From assembly GCA_963788655.1 (NCBI GenBank), contig CAWBHS010000089.1:43059-107058 (forward strand): 64,000 nt of DNA, read 5' to 3'. The translations under genes and the position numbers were made by a program. The first letter of the stretch is position 1. Each line of letters begins with the position of its first letter. This document shows, in pieces, positions 22,716 through 32,628 of the stretch. Below the pieces are notes generated by a model, which had not been told where the DNA came from, ran no database searches, and was given only the letters and a program-made list of their open reading frames with translations. This stretch comes from an uncultured Verrucomicrobiae bacterium. Lineage in GTDB: Bacteria > Verrucomicrobiota > Verrucomicrobiia > Limisphaerales > JAFGQR01.

Positions 22716-23516
22716 CGCAGTATGTGTTTTACGTAATTTACCAAATTGTCCCGGTGCTGGCGAGCCTCTCGGAGATACGCGGCGACCTGCTCGCCAAAGT
22801 CGCTCTGTCCCAGCCACTCCGCCGGAACAGCGTCAAGATAGCCTTGAATCCGCTTGTCAGACAGTGCGCCGAGCTTTTCCTTGAATGGGCCAAGATTCAG
22901 CCGCCCGCCGCGCAAGTCTGCCATAGAAAACGTGCTGTTCCAGAAACCGGAAACCATTCCCCTGACTGGCTGCGGCCCAGGGCTTTGGCGCTCCACCGAT
23001 AATCGGCACGGACAAGAATGAGAACGCCTGCTCATGGTCGTAAACGCCGAGCCGGTCCGAACGCGCCCAAAGGTTGGGATTCACCGCCCGCCGGTCCGCA
23101 TTCTGGATCAACGTGTCGAAGGCAAAAATATCCGCCGCTTGATCCCGTTGCGCGCCGACCGGGTTGCGGCCGGGCGGCCACGTCGTAAATCCCGCGCCAA
23201 GGTGAACCGAACCAAAATTCAAGCCGGGACTGCCTTTAACCAATTTCACCAGTTCGCGTTCGGCTATGACAGCTTCAAAACCAACCGGCACGTCCACGAC
23301 CGCTGCTTGCGGGACTTGCAGTCCAAGGTTGTCTGCCAATTGCGCGGTGAGCAATTCGGCGGTTTGCGCCGTCCCGGTCATCTCGCGCCCGCGAAACTTC
23401 ACCACCACCTCAAACGTGTCACCGCCCGCGTTCTCGCAACCCAGCAACAGCGGATGATTCCGCCCTGTGGACATCGCCTTGATGAATTGCGTGGCTGTGA
23501 GCTCCAGGACTTCCAT
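22712..23516 (-). CDS. HipA-like Ser/Thr kinase (HipA_2 type), one apparent extra base at ~22918
   Basis: GRNHPLL, VVKFRG, ELLTAQLADNLGLQVP, FDTLIQNADRRAVNPN, YDHEQAF; C-terminus LDAVPAEW in ORF 22712..23035. Confidence 0.82.
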
Positions 23517-23518
23517 AG

Positions 23519-24562
23519 TCAGGTGGTTGCCTCCACAAGTTTGGCGGCGGCGGGCACGCGCAACTCGCCCGACAGCAGCTTCGGCATCAGCGCGTCGCGC
23601 AGCGCGGCGAGGGTGCGGGATTCGTGGAGGTTCGCAATGATTCGTTCGACGAGCGGATGAATCTTCTCAGTGAACTCGGCGGCAAGCTGTTTCGGTGGCA
23701 GCGCAACTTCGTAACGGGAAATGTCATTCCAATTTGCCCGTGGCATCTTCGTTCTGGTTGAAGCTGCGTTTGTGTGGTTCACAAGCTCGACGCTGGAAAC
23801 GTGGCCAAGCACAAAGCCGAACCATGCAGGTTCTTTTGGCGTGATGACCAAAATATCTGTTGAGCAAACGCCATCCAGCGGGGCGACACCGATTTTGTGA
23901 AAGTAAGGCCGCAGTTTGCCGAAAAGGATTTCGCCGCGCTTGAACTCGAATTTGCCACTCTCCAACTCTTCGGTGTGCCCCCAATCGGAAAGCGCAATGC
24001 AACGACGCGGCATGTGTTCAAGTCCGATGTATGCCATATCGGTTTTAATTTGGTCCGGCTGGATTCCGCGACGCGGATTCTCGGCGACTTCACCGAGCGT
24101 TCCCGCGCGCCAGCCTTTGGGGAGGGCGGATTGGCCTGCCTGTCTGCGGGACGCAGGCAGGGTGGCCCGATCCACGAACCAGGATTTGAACAGGCTCTGG
24201 GCCAGCGCCTCCAGCGTCTCGTTCATCCGCCGGTTCAAATCAATCTTGTCGTCCAGAGTGCCCAACACCGCGGCAATTGCACGCTGTTCGTTTGGCTCGG
24301 GAATGCAAATGGGAATATGGTAAATGAAATTCCGATTTAGTGATGCCTGTGCGCTGCCCGAGTTGTATCGGCTGAAATCAATAGACTTCAGAAAATAATA
24401 GGTGAACCGCGTGTCGTTGCCGCGAAAGTCTGTGACGTAAAGCGCGGTGTTGTGCGGCCAGTAATCAGTCGGGCAATAGTGAACTTGCCCGAATGATGCG
24501 CCGCTACGACCAACAACAACTCCCGGCCCTTTGGCTTTGGCTATGGCGTGGTAACCGTTCAT
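23519..24562 (-). CDS. hsdS: Type I R-M specificity subunit S, N-terminus clipped by a deletion
   Basis: [58 protein letters not shown]. Confidence 0.88.
   Translation of the reverse strand: MNGYHAIAKAKGPGVVVGRSGASFGQVHYCPTDYWPHNTALYVTDFRGNDTRFTYYFLKSIDFSRYNSGSAQASLNRNFIYHIPICIPEPNEQRAIAAVLGTLDDKIDLNRRMNETLEALAQSLFKSWFVDRATLPASRRQAGQSALPKGWRAGTLGEVAENPRRGIQPDQIKTDMAYIGLEHMPRRCIALSDWGHTEELESGKFEFKRGEILFGKLRPYFHKIGVAPLDGVCSTDILVITPKEPAWFGFVLGHVSSVELVNHTNAASTRTKMPRANWNDISRYEVALPPKQLAAEFTEKIHPLVERIIANLHESRTLAALRDALMPKLLSGELRVPAAAKLVEATT
24135..24161. repeat. 27-bp cctgcctg...caggcagg palindrome in-frame in the hsdS linker
   Basis: Removing it leaves the frame intact ([12 protein letters not shown]); encodes LPASRRQAG. 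Confidence 0.65.
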
Positions 24563-25240
24563 TCCAGCAGAACCCAGAACACGCGGCCTTTGTAGGGTTC
24601 AAGCATGGCGACGAGCACCTGCACGACGCATTGCGGGGTGTAGAACTCGCCGCCGCCCTTGCCTTCCGCGCTGGCGAATTTGCCGAGAAAGTATTCATAG
24701 ACGCGCCCGAGCACGTCCTTGGACTTCGCCGCCGATTCGTTGAAGCCGATGTTGCTGATGATGTCCACGAGTCCGCCGAGCCGGACTTTGTCGAGGCTGG
24801 GCCGGGCGTAATCGCGCGGCAGCACGCCTTTGAGCGTGGGATTCTCGCGCTCAATCGCGCCCATCGCGTCGTCAATGACCTTGCCAATCTCCGGCGACTT
24901 GGCTTTGGCCTTGATGGTGTGCCAGCGGGCTTCGGGCGGCAGCCAGAAGACATTCGCGGCCAGATATTCGTCGCGGTTCTCGGCGGCGTCGGCGCGTTGC
25001 GGTTCGTCCTTGATGAACCATTCGCTCTTGGGATCGGAGAAGCCGAACAGCAGTTGCTCGCGTTTTTCCTCGAAGGCGTCGGAGATGTATTTCAGGAAGA
25101 TGAGGCCGAGGCAGACGTGCTTGTATTCCGAGGCGTCCATGTGCCCGCGCATCTTGTCGGCGGCGGCCCAGAGCTGGGCTTCAAAGTTCGAGGGCGGAGC
25201 CGTTGCCGTTGGGCTTTTTCTGAGGTCGTGCTTTCGCCAT
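24559..25240 (-). pseudogene. hsdM: Type I R-M methyltransferase M, N-terminal domain only
   Basis: [44 protein letters not shown]; ends at GRVF just before motif I (DPxCGSGG); no NPPF. Confidence 0.9.
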
Positions 25241-25428
25241 GCGTCAATGCGGTTTAATCATAGTCCGCTTCAGTCTTGGTTTAAAGGCTGCCTCGCAAAC
25301 AAGTCTTGCTTCCCGTTAACGAATTCGAGGATGCGCCCAAATTGTTTGTAATGGTAAAGAGCCAAAATTGGATCCTGGGGTCATGTAAACGGGGGCGGCC
25401 CAAACGATGAAGACTCGTGCAACAGGCC

Positions 25429-25498
25429 GTAGCCGCCAACGTGAGGAGGCGGAGCAAAGGAAGTGGCATCAGGTCCGCCTTCTCACATCGGCGGCTAT
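25429..25498. repeat. GTAG palindrome, same family as 21216 and 55507
   Basis: gtagccgccaacgtgaggaggcgga ... tccgccttctcacatcggcggctat, 21/25. Confidence 0.75.
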
Positions 25499-25520
25499 GG
25501 TGACTGTGGAATCTTCGGAT

Positions 25521-25561
25521 TTGGACCTTCTCTGGTCATTGGCCATTGGTTATTGGTCATT
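25521..25561 (-). repeat. Right heptamer-periodic inverted repeat bounding the R-M island
   Basis: (ttggtca)-like heptamers; inverted match to 20870-20910. Confidence 0.55.
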
Positions 25562-25570
25562 GAGAGCAGG

Positions 25571-26447
25571 TCACTGAAGATACGGTTCAATGTGGACCAG
25601 CACGTCGAACACGGCGGGGATTTCGACACACACCTGGTCCTTGACCGCATGGGCAATCGCGTGGGCTTTCTTGACGGAGATCTCGGGGTCCACTTCCACG
25701 TGCATGTCCACGTAAAATTGGAATCCCATTTTGCGCACGCGGCATTTTTCAATCCTCGCCACCCCCTCCACCTGACCGGCAACGGCGCGGATCTTCTTGA
25801 TCAGACCGGGATCGGGCGCGGTGTCCATGAGTTCATTCAGGGCGGGCCGCAGCAGGCGCCAGCCGTTCCAGGCAATAATGACGGCCGCGACAATGGCAGC
25901 AATGTCGTCGGCAATTTCGAATCCAGGTCCGCCGATCAACGCCACGGAAATGCCGATGGCCGCGGCGATGGAGGTGATGGCGTCACTGCGATGGTGCCAG
26001 GCATCGCTGCGCACTACGGAACTTTCCACCGAGTTGGCTTCCCGCAAGGCGAAGCGGAACAACGCTTCTTTGATGGCCACTACCGCAAACAGGACGGCCA
26101 ACGTGAAGGGCGCCGGTCCGATTTGGGGATTAATGATTTCATGGATGGCCTCAACCGTAATCCACACGGCGGCCAGCAACAGCATGGTGGCCACCAAGGC
26201 AGCCGCAATGGGTTCGGCTTTGCCGTGCCCGTACAGGATGATCCATGTCTGGTGGCTCGGAGGCCACCACCAGGCCCCGCCAAACAATCACCGAGCTGAT
26301 AATGTCCGACAGTGATTCCACAGCATCGGCGACCAGCGCATGGGAATGTCCGAGGAGCCCCGCCGTCAGTTTGCTGCCTGCCAGAGCCGTGTTCGCCGCC
26401 AACCCGATGAAGGTGACGCGCAAGCCGCGATAGAGACGCTGGTCCAA
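25571..26447 (-). CDS. Cation diffusion facilitator transporter (FieF-like; frameshift ~26240)
   Basis: SHALVADAVESLSD, HPYGHGKAE across the frameshift, DAWHHRSD, VLVHIEP. Confidence 0.88.
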
Positions 26448-26469
26448 ATTTCGAGGTCCGTTCAGCGGT

Positions 26470-28045
26470 TCAGGCCCAGTAGTGGTAATTCACTTCCGGG
26501 AACAGGTTGTCCGTGGCTTCAATCTGCGCCAGCCAATGTTCGTCGATGCGCGTGGTGGTCAATTGCTCGTGCAGCGCAATAAACCGGAGCAAATGATCTT
26601 TGACCCGCTTCCGGGCGTAATCAGGGCTGGTGCCGGTGCGCAGGATGAACGGCCAGTCGCTGGACTGCGCCAGCAGCAATTCCCGCGCGGCTTGTTTGAG
26701 CGCGCGCTCGATCCAGCCCGTGGCGTTCGGGAATTGGCGGGCCAGTTGGGTCATCCGTTCCTGGGCGACGTGCAAGTGCGGGTAAATCCATTCGTTGGTT
26801 TCGTTCAGCCAAACCCTCCAGTAGCCTTCCTCGCCCCAACTTGAAGCGCTGGGCTGGCCAACTTGATTGGTGGGATATTGCCGCAGGTAGTCGCTCGGCG
26901 TGATGAGCGCGACGGTGCTTTGCTCGAACAACAGCTTGCGCACCAAGTAATCCAGGAATTCCGGCCCTTCATACCACCAATGCCCAAACAGTTCCGCGTC
27001 GTACGGCGCCACAATCACCGGCGGACGTTCCATGATCGAGGCCAGTTCATTGACCTGTTTGAGGCGGGCCTGGAGAAAATGTTGGGCGTGTTCCGCCGCC
27101 ACGTACAGGGCAGCCTTCCGATCGTAAATCTGCTTGTCCGGTGCCGGGCCGGTGATGCTGTAATACTTGATCCCGGTGAAACTGCGTTGATTGCCGGTGG
27201 GCAGGTGCGGTCGCACATAATCGAAATCCAGATCGAACCCGATGTCGCGGTAGAAATCACGGTAGCGGGTATCACCGGGATACCCTTCGTGCTTGCTCCA
27301 AACTTGTTTGGCAGACTCCAAGTCCCGTCCAAACGCGGCGAGTCCATTGGGCGTAAACAGCGGCGCATAGACGCCAAAACGCGGCCGGGGACGGGCATGA
27401 AGAAGGCCGTGGGTATCGAGGATGAACCAGCGAATCTCCGCTTCCTGCAAGATCGGTTCAAGCCCCTCAAGGTAGGCGCACTCCGGCAGCCAGATGCCGC
27501 GCGGATCGCGGCCAAAGCACGCCCGGTAAGGATCGCGCGCCACGAGGATTTGGGCGCGGAGCGACGGACGATGATCGGCCAGCAGCGGCAGCAAGGCATG
27601 CGTGGCGGCGGAGGTGATGATCTCCAGTTGGCCGGCGTCCTGGAATCGGCCGAACGCCGCGACCAGGTTCTGTTGGCAGGCCTGATACGTTTGGCGCAGC
27701 GATTTGAACCGCTCGAAATACATTTGGGCCAGTGGATGACAGGCCGAGTCCCAGGCCGTGCGGTGAACTTCCTTGTCGGCCAACTCGACCAATCCGTCCA
27801 GATGCCGGACATAGCGCGCTTGCAGCAACGGATCGAGCAACATGGCGCAGAGCGTCGGTGAGAGCGTCAAGGTCAGCCGCCAGTCCAATTCGTCGCGCCG
27901 CCAGCCTCCCAGCATTTGGAGCAAGGGCAGGTACAGTCTCGGTGATGGCTTCGTAAAGCCAGTTCTCTTCGAGGAAACGGTCGTGTTCGGGATGCCGCAC
28001 GAAGGGCAGGTGGGCGTGCAACACGAGCGAAAGATAGCCTTTCAT
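26470..28045 (-). CDS. GH57 1,4-alpha-glucan branching enzyme (DUF1957; frameshift ~27930)
   Basis: LVLHAHLPFV, GIWLPEC, PYDAELFGHWWYEG, RELLLAQSSDW. Confidence 0.9.
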
Positions 28046-28138
28046 GACGGAGCAAAAAATGGATTACCGCCAGCGTATAAGACTCGGAATTGGCTTCTCA
28101 AGTGAATCCTTCTTAAGGGCAACCGGCCGCGCAGTGCC

Positions 28139-29671
28139 TCACGAGAGGTTCTCGGGGCGCGGCGGTTTCAGGTGCGGTTCCTGCGGATGCTGGCCCACAG
28201 TTCCGCGATACCGCGTGCGGCGCCGAAAGTCCAATTTGGCCGAACGCTGATCCGTGCCGTCGGCCGCCGTGGCGACCGCTTCCAGACCATAACTTCCATC
28301 CGGCAGGGCAAAGCGAAAACTGAAGGTGCCATCGTCGCGCAATCGAATTGGCCGGCCTTCCAGCGTGACCTCGGCCCCCGGTTCGGTGGCGCCGTAAATG
28401 ATCAGTTCGGCATTGATGTTGAACCAAAAAGCGCGCTCCGCTTCCGGCCCGGCCCCCTGGCTGGAGATACCGGAAACCGGGGCGCTCCCCACTCCCGCGG
28501 GCGCGAAGGGCACTCCGGCGGCCGGCCACGCGGAAGGCGGTCCCACGCCCGACGCCCATTCGTGTCGCAATTGCCGGCGGAGCATTTCAGTGATTTCCAA
28601 CGACCCGATCCACACGTGGCGGACCGCGTCCATGTTGACCATGCGGGCGAGAGCATCCTCGTGTTTCGGAGTCCAGTGCTTGGCGGAAATCTGCTCGCGT
28701 GCCGGCAAACCCGGATGGCCGGTGGCGCGCAATTCCTGGAGGGCTTCCGCGAGCGGCGCTTGGGTGCCGGCGGCCTGCTTGATCAATTCCAGCAGTTGGG
28801 CGAACGGCAGATCGGGCGGGATGGTTTCCACCGCAAACGACAAATCATCCGACATGGCATCGGGCGGAGTCAGCGTTTCTCGGGAGGTCGAAATGGATTC
28901 CCATCGGTGGCCGGGATCGTAATAACCCAATTCGGCTTGGAAGCGGGTGCCGCCCTGCCCAACGTGGACAAACCAACTCCGGGAATCGGGAGCAAGGGGC
29001 GTTTCCTCGACGGGCGTTCCGGCGACTTGGTCACGATAGACGCGCAGCACCAATTGGCCGCTCTCGGCCCGTTGGCGGTACTGCTCCTGCTGCGCGTGCG
29101 TCAAGTCCCAGTGCGCATAGAGCCAATGCGGATCGCGAGCGGTGAGCAACAATTCTTGGGTGCCGTAGGCTTCCGGCAGTTCCCGTTCCTCAACGGGACT
29201 CGAGCCAGCTTCCCTTGGAGCGATGGGCCGCAGGGCATAACGCTGGCCTGGGCCACTGACGGGCGGCTTTGGAGCGGGAGCCGTAGTTTTTAATGCTCGC
29301 GCCGCCGTTTTGCTCACGGTCGGTTCGGTTGTCTCGGGATCGTCTTCCAGCAGGATGGGGGGGATTTTCAGGCGAGGCTTTGCGGAAATGGTTTTTGGTC
29401 GGGCCGGACTGGATTGGGTCGCACTGGCTTTGGTGAGGCGGCTTTTGGCGGGGCGACTTGGGGACTTGGTAACCCGCACCTGCTTCGCTTTGGTTGGTTT
29501 GGCTTTGGCACCTTTCGCTGGGATCGATTTCGCTTGGGCCAGCTTGGCGCCGGTGGATTTGGCCTTGGGTGTTTTGCCCTTGGTTGCCTTGCGCATTGCT
29601 GGCTCAGCCGCTTTCCTCCCGGTGGGCCGGGGGGCTGGTTTAACTGGCTTTTTTGCTCTCGTTGCTTTCAT
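28139..29671 (-). CDS. DUF4912 domain protein with Lys/Ala/Pro-rich N-terminus
   Basis: ELPEAYG...RDPHWLYAHWD; FWFNINAELIIYGATEP...DGTFSFRFALPDG. Confidence 0.82.
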   Translation of the reverse strand: MKATRAKKPVKPAPRPTGRKAAEPAMRKATKGKTPKAKSTGAKLAQAKSIPAKGAKAKPTKAKQVRVTKSPSRPAKSRLTKASATQSSPARPKTISAKPRLKIPPILLEDDPETTEPTVSKTAARALKTTAPAPKPPVSGPGQRYALRPIAPREAGSSPVEERELPEAYGTQELLLTARDPHWLYAHWDLTHAQQEQYRQRAESGQLVLRVYRDQVAGTPVEETPLAPDSRSWFVHVGQGGTRFQAELGYYDPGHRWESISTSRETLTPPDAMSDDLSFAVETIPPDLPFAQLLELIKQAAGTQAPLAEALQELRATGHPGLPAREQISAKHWTPKHEDALARMVNMDAVRHVWIGSLEITEMLRRQLRHEWASGVGPPSAWPAAGVPFAPAGVGSAPVSGISSQGAGPEAERAFWFNINAELIIYGATEPGAEVTLEGRPIRLRDDGTFSFRFALPDGSYGLEAVATAADGTDQRSAKLDFRRRTRYRGTVGQHPQEPHLKPPRPENLS

Positions 29672-29884
29672 GGGTGCTTCGCACGGAGTTGGCCGGCGCA
29701 CTCTAAACGAGCGCATGGTAAGGGCAAGGCGATGCGCCCGCAACGGGTAAATGGATGGGGGATGAACTTCAACCGGCGGTGTCAGCCATCCGAACCCTCG
29801 CAGACGAAGGGGGTTGTAAAAACTTCACTTGCAAAGTATTGGGAGGCGGGTGTTAACTAATTCTAAACGCAGGACGGCGAACAA

Positions 29885-30292
29885 ATGAAACAGCCCATCC
29901 AGGCCGGCGACGGACACCGGCAAAAAGCAACCACCTTGATTTACTTGGTGGACGATGAGCCGCTGCTGTTGGACTTGGCGGAAATGGCTCTGAAAGGCAA
30001 CGGTTACCTCCTCAAGAAATTTCAGAATCCGGAGTTGGCCCTCAAATCGTTTGTGCGGGCGCGGGCCAAACCGGTTTTAATCATCACCGACTACGCCATG
30101 GGCCGCGTAAACGGTTGCGATTTCCTCGCCAGTTGCAAGCAGGTTGATCCGACGGTCAAAACCCTCCTCGTCAGCGGCACGGTGGGACCGGAAATCGTGC
30201 TGAACGCGCCGGTGACCATTGATCGCTTCCTGGCCAAACCCTACCAGCCGGAAACGCTGGCCGATTTGGTGCGGGCGGTGTTGGCGACATAA
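29885..30292 (+). CDS. Single-domain response regulator
   Basis: YLVDDE, IITDYAM, LVSG, LAKPY. Confidence 0.88.
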   Translation: MKQPIQAGDGHRQKATTLIYLVDDEPLLLDLAEMALKGNGYLLKKFQNPELALKSFVRARAKPVLIITDYAMGRVNGCDFLASCKQVDPTVKTLLVSGTVGPEIVLNAPVTIDRFLAKPYQPETLADLVRAVLAT

Positions 30293-30318
30293 TCATCCGG
30301 GCTTCCTGCCTTGCCAGC

Positions 30319-30636
30319 ATGACCTTGCGCGCCAAAAAATTGGGCATCCTCCTTTCCACGCGACCGGACGCTCCCGGCTTCCAGCACGGTTTGCAGTTGG
30401 CCGAACAGGCGCTGGCCAACGGCGTGACGGTTTACCTCTATTGCATCGATGAGGCCGTGATGGGGGTGGCCGATCGGCGATTGCAGGCAATGAAGGCGCG
30501 GGGACTCAATCTTTATGCGTGCGCTTATGCGGCCCAGCGACGGCACCTTCCGGTCAGCGATGACGCGGTCTTTTCCGGCTTGTCCATCGTGAGTGATTTG
30601 ATGGCCGGCACGGATCGGTTCGTGAGTTTCAACTGA
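30319..30636 (+). CDS. DsrE/TusD-like sulfur relay protein
   Basis: KKLGILL, YLYCIDEAV, YACAYAAQRR, DRFVSF. Confidence 0.75.
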   Translation: MTLRAKKLGILLSTRPDAPGFQHGLQLAEQALANGVTVYLYCIDEAVMGVADRRLQAMKARGLNLYACAYAAQRRHLPVSDDAVFSGLSIVSDLMAGTDRFVSFN

Positions 30637-30659
30637 GCAACCAGGAGCGTGGCCGACCA

Positions 30660-31010
30660 ATGAATCCGAGCGTCTTAATCGTCATCGCCAGCGATCCGCG
30701 GACCAGTCCCCGCGCCGCCGAAGCGGTGCGTATCGCGGCGGGGATCAGCGTCTGGGGGCGCTTGGACGTTCAGGTATGCCTGCAAGGGGCAGCCGTCCAG
30801 ATGTTAGGTGAGTTTCCCGACGACTTGATGGATGGAGACCAAGTGACTCAGTGTCTGCCGATGTTGGCGCGGCACAATTGCTCGCTCTATGTTGGGCGCG
30901 ACGCCGTGCCGACGCTGCCCACGGCGCGGGCCGAAATTCCGTTCCAGGAAATTGACGCCTCGCAACTGGGAGCCTTGGCCGCGCAGTGCCGGTGCTTGCT
31001 TCGTTTCTAA
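30660..31010 (+). CDS. DsrF/TusC-like protein
   Basis: VLIVIASDP...AEAVRIAAG, C-terminal LLRF. Confidence 0.65.
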   Translation: MNPSVLIVIASDPRTSPRAAEAVRIAAGISVWGRLDVQVCLQGAAVQMLGEFPDDLMDGDQVTQCLPMLARHNCSLYVGRDAVPTLPTARAEIPFQEIDASQLGALAAQCRCLLRF

Positions 31011-31012
31011 TC

Positions 31013-31192
31013 ATGCGTGCCATCCTCCACATTCTGACCCACCCAACCGATGAATGGTCGCAACAACTCATCGCCGCGGAGCAGGCGCTGCCCGATTGCC
31101 GGATTGAGGTGGTGGATTTGACGCGGCCCGAGCCGGATTATCAGGATTTGCTGGAAAAGATATTTATCGCCGACAGCGTGCAGGTTTGGTGA
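31013..31192 (+). CDS. Small DsrH/TusB-like protein (59 aa)
   Basis: MRAILHIL...DYQDLLEKIFIADSVQVW. Confidence 0.6.
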   Translation: MRAILHILTHPTDEWSQQLIAAEQALPDCRIEVVDLTRPEPDYQDLLEKIFIADSVQVW

Positions 31193-31289
31193 CGAGCCCA
31201 AAGAAACGAGACATTCCTGATCAAAGCCGAACAGACCGATAGCGGGGGAGAGAAGGTTTCTTTCAGCTTCGTGTATTTGTTGGCCAGGA

Positions 31290-32393
31290 TCATTGCTCCG
31301 TTTGTTTGTCTATTTTGTCACTGTGCGGCGAATCCAATTCCAATTCCAGTTGTTGCCGGTTCGGCCGTCGAAAAGCAGTAGTCGATAACTCCCAGCGGCT
31401 GTTGTTGAAGCCCGCCCGTCGGCATCCAACCTGGAACATTCGCGTGATCTCCTCGGCATAGTGGCCTTGCCCGCTCATGCGAAAGCCGAAGCGCGGATCA
31501 TTCAGTTTGCCGTTGCGCAGGGACCGAATGCGTCCCAGGATTTTGTCCTGCTTCTCGGGCGCATGCTGTTCCAACCACTCTTGAAACACGGTGGCGACGG
31601 TAAGCGGCAGCCGCAACACTTCCTTGCTCGCCCACTGCGCTCCGGCCTCCTTGGCGGCGTTCAAAACGGACAAAACTTCATGGTCGTTCAAACCCGGAAT
31701 AATTGGCGCAATCAAGATACCCGCCGGAATGCCTGCTCGCGTCAATTCCTCGACGGCGCGGAGACGATGACCGGGCAACGACGCGCGCGGCTCCAATCGC
31801 CGGGTCAGTTCCGGTTGGAGGGAGTTAACGGAAAGAGTGACCGATACCGCGCGGTGAGCCGCCAGTTCGCGCAGCAGGTCAATGTCGCGCGTTACTAAAT
31901 AATTCTTGGTGACAATGCTCACCGGATTTCGGAACTCAGCCAGCACTTGCAGGCATTGCCGTGTCAATTGCAGGCGCCGCTCGACGGGTTGGTAAGGATC
32001 GGTGACGCCGCTGAGCGCGAGCGGCTGAGGCTTCCAACGGGGCGACGCCAATTCGCGGCGCAGCAACTCCGGCGCGTCGGTCTTGACCACGATTTGAGTT
32101 TCGAAGTCCAGGCCCGCGGAAAAGCCCAGATACTCGTGGGTGATTCTGGCGTAGCAATAACTGCAACCATGCTCGCAGCCCCGATACGGATTAATGCTGG
32201 CTGCGAAGGGAATGTCGGGGCTGTCGTTGTACGTGATGATCGATTGGGAGCAGTCCCGCAGGAACTGGGTCTTCGGTGCCGGGTCTTGCTCCGGATCCCA
32301 ATCGGCGTCCCGTTCCAGCGAGATGCGTTCGAATCGGTTGGCCGGATTGCTGGCGGCGCCGCGACCGCGCGGCGATGACGGTTGGTTGACCAC
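31290..32393 (-). CDS. PA0069/SplB-like radical SAM protein
   Basis: SINPYRGCEHGCSYCYAR, SGVTDPYQP, APIIPGLND. Confidence 0.9.
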   Translation of the reverse strand: MVNQPSSPRGRGAASNPANRFERISLERDADWDPEQDPAPKTQFLRDCSQSIITYNDSPDIPFAASINPYRGCEHGCSYCYARITHEYLGFSAGLDFETQIVVKTDAPELLRRELASPRWKPQPLALSGVTDPYQPVERRLQLTRQCLQVLAEFRNPVSIVTKNYLVTRDIDLLRELAAHRAVSVTLSVNSLQPELTRRLEPRASLPGHRLRAVEELTRAGIPAGILIAPIIPGLNDHEVLSVLNAAKEAGAQWASKEVLRLPLTVATVFQEWLEQHAPEKQDKILGRIRSLRNGKLNDPRFGFRMSGQGHYAEEITRMFQVGCRRAGFNNSRWELSTTAFRRPNRQQLELELDSPHSDKIDKQTEQ

Positions 32394-32628
32394 AGCGTCA
32401 ATTTGTCAGAACAATCTCATGGCGTCCAATTCGTTGAAAGCGGTCGTGATGCCTGGAAATGGGGCGCGGATTCCGGTCAATCGGTGGTGCCCCTTTCCAA
32501 GCTCTCGCCCATTCTGGGCGCAGCGAGTGGCCGCCCTCCCCAAGTCCCCGAAACGCATCCCGGCGGAGCCTGGGGATACTGGCCCTGACGCGGCGGAAAA
32601 CAATGGGGCGAAGGCTTGCCCCTGGGGC

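Noticed and set aside
25262..25400. Short AT-richer minus-strand frame (DPILALYHYKQFGRILEF...) upstream of hsdM
   Set aside because: May be a deleted gene's tail, but it is too short and has no start or recognisable motif.
20870..25561. Island as a prophage or integrative element
   Set aside because: No integrase, transposase, phage genes or att-like direct repeats.
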